From: Trueperaceae bacterium
Lineage (GTDB): Bacteria > Deinococcota > Deinococci > Deinococcales > Trueperaceae
Assembly (NCBI GenBank): GCA_034520945.1
Contig: JAXHNB010000005.1
Span: 128,001-192,000 of the forward strand
Reading direction: 5' to 3'
Length of the DNA: 64,000 bases
Part shown: positions 62,101-64,000 of the stretch, in pieces
How the letters are laid out: every line of letters starts with the position of its first letter
How positions within the stretch are numbered: the stretch's first letter is position 1
Notes under the pieces: generated by a model
What the model was told of the DNA's origin: nothing
The model's input: the letters and a program-made list of their open reading frames with translations, nothing else
The model's database searches: none
Program-made: the position numbers and the translations under genes

Positions 62101-62985
62101 ATCTGCGCCCACGACATTCGTGCCAGCGACCACGTCGAGATGCAGGGCGTGGTGCAACGGGCGTTCGACGGCGGCGAGGGCAAGGCGGCCAACTCGATCT
62201 CCAAGACCATCAACCTCAAGAACCAGGCGAGTGTCGAAGACGTGTTCGACGCCTACGCGCTGGCGTTCGACGAGAGGTGCAAGGGCATCACCGTCTACCG
62301 CGACGGAAGCCGCCAGTTCCAGGTGTTGTCCACCCGTGCGGCCAAGAAGAGCTCCGACGCCACGCAGGACGGCGGCCCCGCCACGGACGCCCCCGCCGAC
62401 GTGCCCGACGCCCCAGCCGCCGCGACCGGCGGCGCTGGGACGAGCGGTGCCGCCCCGGCCGCGCCGCCGACCGTGCCGGTCGAGCCGCCCGCGCCGCGCC
62501 GCGCCGCGCCCGCGCGGGGCGACCGCCTGCCCGGCGAGCCGCTCTTCGACCGGCCCGTGCGACTCGAGGGCTTCACCGACGCGGTCAAGCTCACCCTCTC
62601 GGGCGGCGAGAAGCGAGGCTTCTACGTCACCGTCAACAAGCAGGACGGCCTGCCCAGCGAGGTGTTCATCCTGTCCGGCAAGGCGGGCGACGAAGCCAAC
62701 GCCGACAGCGAGGCGCTGGGACGCGTGGTGTCGATCGCCTTGCAGTACGGCGTGCCCGCCGAAGCGGTCGTGAAGACGTTGCGCGGCATCAACGGGGGCA
62801 TGTACGGCAGCTACCAGGGACGGATGGTGGCGTCCAAGGCCGACCTGATCGCCATCGCCCTCGAGACCGCGGGCACGGCGAACCCCCTGCAGAAGGATCG
62901 GGGCTGCCCGGAGTGCGGCATGCCGCTGCGCTTCGAAGAGGGCTGCATGAAGTGCGAGAGCTGCGGCTACAGCAAGTGCGGGTGA
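59176..62985 (+). CDS. nrdJ: Class II (adenosylcobalamin-dependent) ribonucleotide reductase, intein-containing
   Basis: PGGRVL, NCFV, RRGAGM, GEPG, NP/CGE, LGLGVMG, APTGTTS, SKTIN, KGITVYRDGSR; C-terminal TSCPD-like domain and CxxC/CxxC ribbon. Confidence 0.95.
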   Translation: MADTPQHDADPRLDAFDPHAITIARRQYFQPGDEDLAGMFRRVAAWIAGPEQDREAWTETFYDLMADKRFCPGGRVLAGAATHHGNVLNCFVQDGRPADAGTDAWVLSLATKLALVTKVGGGNGLCLDPITPGRDYEGPQGTLYLTISPDHEDYDKVRDGTFMDLVHGSYVTRGYRSARFVSSSEAPAGLEAQPVGDSVDEIWKAAGDAAMAMLDGRDVLLDLSGLRAEGTPVEGSGGTSSGPSSFAVEVFDNFATWAALGGAAHAGPVATLRYVFAPTLRAIRQGGTRRGAGMATLSITHPDVRDFVTSKDLGREEAEGDISTFNISVLVSDAFMASARRDGPGKATLKDIAEHAWATGEPGLIYVDRINEHNPMRAAYGDIKSTNPCVTADTWVDTDRGARRVGDLVDRPFCAVIDGQAYPLRSEGFFSTGVKPVVRLRTRRGFTLRSTEDHRLARVVSAGAARTTEWTEVRDLRPGDRVRLGDQRGVRPWSGPGSDGEGWLLGLLAAAGTFTVGEDGVADLELRGTDREALAAQAEAVVRELRHPFPRLQRRDEDGAVRLASRALGDLARRYGVAPGGVTRGDAVEEGSYAFTTGFLRGVFDAAAHGAGTSLALAFTGEILPARVHRMLARLGVIASLRPGAEPAARNARTVLTVTGADLASFRARIGAAVAPAQARLAALPGPAAETEAETEAEDADAVGRFADVVEAIEPDGEAEVFDVSVDHVHAFTANGIHAHNCGEIPLYAGEPCDLGAMNLSAYVTNPMRGLDGFDTERFREDAASCVRFLDNVLEVNRFALEDNREMSMKLRRLGLGVMGMADALIKMGYAYHSEQGRAAVHAMISELRDAAVTASERLAEERGAFPAYPDSELTRERRNVAVLTVAPTGTTSMLMGVSSGVEPVFAPFIYRKIGDAYAALVHPLFQELLNRHAPHPAFEKDGGWDWEAVVEQVQDNHGSVQGLDFVPDEVKSVLICAHDIRASDHVEMQGVVQRAFDGGEGKAANSISKTINLKNQASVEDVFDAYALAFDERCKGITVYRDGSRQFQVLSTRAAKKSSDATQDGGPATDAPADVPDAPAAATGGAGTSGAAPAAPPTVPVEPPAPRRAAPARGDRLPGEPLFDRPVRLEGFTDAVKLTLSGGEKRGFYVTVNKQDGLPSEVFILSGKAGDEANADSEALGRVVSIALQYGVPAEAVVKTLRGINGGMYGSYQGRMVASKADLIAIALETAGTANPLQKDRGCPECGMPLRFEEGCMKCESCGYSKCG
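60340..61398 (+). mobile_element. Intein (353 aa) with degenerate LAGLIDADG homing endonuclease
   Basis: NP|CVTADTWV, block B TEDHR, block F VFDVSV, HAHN|CGE; removal restores NPCGE. Confidence 0.95.
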
Positions 62986-63046
62986 GAAGCCCCGCATTCA
63001 TGGGACGCCATGCGTCCCTACGTATCGTGTGCAGAGGAGACATGAC

Positions 63047-63628
63047 GTGACGGTACGAGCGCTGATGGTGACGATCGTGATGCTGTCCATGGCGGGCGTC
63101 GCGACGGCGCAAGACACCTCGCCCTATGCCGGGATGGAGTCGCGCGAGATCAAGGCGCTGTCAAAGGAGGACATCGCCGAACTCGAACGCGGGGGCGGCT
63201 GGGGCCTGGCCCTGCCCGCCGAGTTGAACGGGGTACCGGGGCCCGCCCACCTGCTGGAACTGGCCGACGAAATTCCCCTGAGCGGCGCGCAAGTCTCCGA
63301 AATCGAAGAGATCCACGCGGCGATGCGCGAGGACGCGATCGAAGAAGGCGAGACGCTGCTCGCATTGGAGGCCGAGTTGGAGGCGGGCTTCCGCGACGGC
63401 ACCATCACCGACGCCGAGCTACGCGATTTGACCCAGCGCGCGGCCGCCAGTCGGGGCCGGCTGCGCTACGTGCACCTCTCGCGGCACCTGATGACGGTTC
63501 CGTTGCTCAGCGAAGAGCAGATTGCCCGCTATCGGGAGCTGCGGGGGTACGAGACGTCGGACGCGTGCGACGAGGTGCCCGAAGGCCACGACCCCGAGAT
63601 GTGGCGGCGCCACAACGACTGCGATTGA
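63047..63628 (+). CDS. Secreted Spy/CpxP-like helical protein (possible periplasmic metal-binding protein)
   Basis: Signal peptide; SPYAG..REIKALS, GLALPAELNGVPGPAHLLELA, LSEEQIARY. Confidence 0.7.
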   Translation: MTVRALMVTIVMLSMAGVATAQDTSPYAGMESREIKALSKEDIAELERGGGWGLALPAELNGVPGPAHLLELADEIPLSGAQVSEIEEIHAAMREDAIEEGETLLALEAELEAGFRDGTITDAELRDLTQRAAASRGRLRYVHLSRHLMTVPLLSEEQIARYRELRGYETSDACDEVPEGHDPEMWRRHNDCD

Positions 63629-63791
63629 GTTCCAGCCCTTGCGGCGCGCATCCGCCGCCGTAGCGCACCGCGGCCGCCACAGTGCGCGGCCGCCCCCTCG
63701 GGCTCGAGTGGCGGGGCCTGGGCCCTCGAGCCCGCGCAGGCATCGGTGTGCCCCAACGCCAGGCCCCCGAGGGGTGCGGTAGCGTACGCTC

Positions 63792-64000
63792 GTGCCGTCC
63801 GACGAGCGCGTACCACCGAACGGGGCCACGCCAGCTTCGGAGCGTCCGCGGACGGCTGCGCCCAATGCCTCGTTGCGCCTCAGCGAGGTGGTGGCGGCGC
63901 TCACCTATGCGCTGGACGTGACCGAGGGGCAGCCGGAGGGCCATGCGGTGCGCAACTGCGCCATCGGGATGGCGGTCGGCCGTCGCCTTGGTCTGGACGA
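63792..64000 (+). CDS. HD-GYP/HD-domain phosphohydrolase, N-terminal part (runs off window end)
   Basis: LRLSEVVAALTYALDVTEGQPEGHAVRNCAIGMAVGRRLGL; TAGCGT-N6-GTG. Confidence 0.8.
   Translation, partial: MPSDERVPPNGATPASERPRTAAPNASLRLSEVVAALTYALDVTEGQPEGHAVRNCAIGMAVGRRLGLD

Noticed and set aside
63660..63740. GC-rich inverted repeats (CGGGCTCGAG...CTCGAGCCCG) after the last complete gene
   Set aside because: They are single-copy in the window and are plausibly a terminator-like or chance structure at this GC content.

Overview
This is a very GC-rich, gene-dense core chromosomal region. It most likely comes from a Deinococcota bacterium (Truepera-like); that is inferred from protein styles and from many leaderless TANNNT-N5-9-start promoters. 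It holds about 60 CDS, including rex, a polyprenyl synthase, rnr, carB, pheA, rnhA, acpS, rpiA, bcp, maf, mreC, leuS, lpdA, argJ/C/F, pilD, skp, trmD-rimM-khpA-rpsP, ffh, malic enzyme, purH and nrdJ, plus one tRNA-Arg(CCG). Accessory elements are an AbrB/PIN toxin-antitoxin pair, a LolCDE/LolA-like export operon with a candidate beta-barrel behind a headless MarR/GbsR remnant, a two-domain multicopper oxidase plus ZIP transporter operon with a consensus promoter and DtxR-type operator, and an intein with a decayed LAGLIDADG endonuclease in NrdJ. The most notable unannotated signals are cis-regulatory: a leaderless leader-peptide attenuator with a rare CUA codon upstream of leuS, and leaderless micro-ORFs coupled to rpiA and carB. 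No CRISPR array, prophage, integrase or transposase was seen. All calls are by eye, without database searches.
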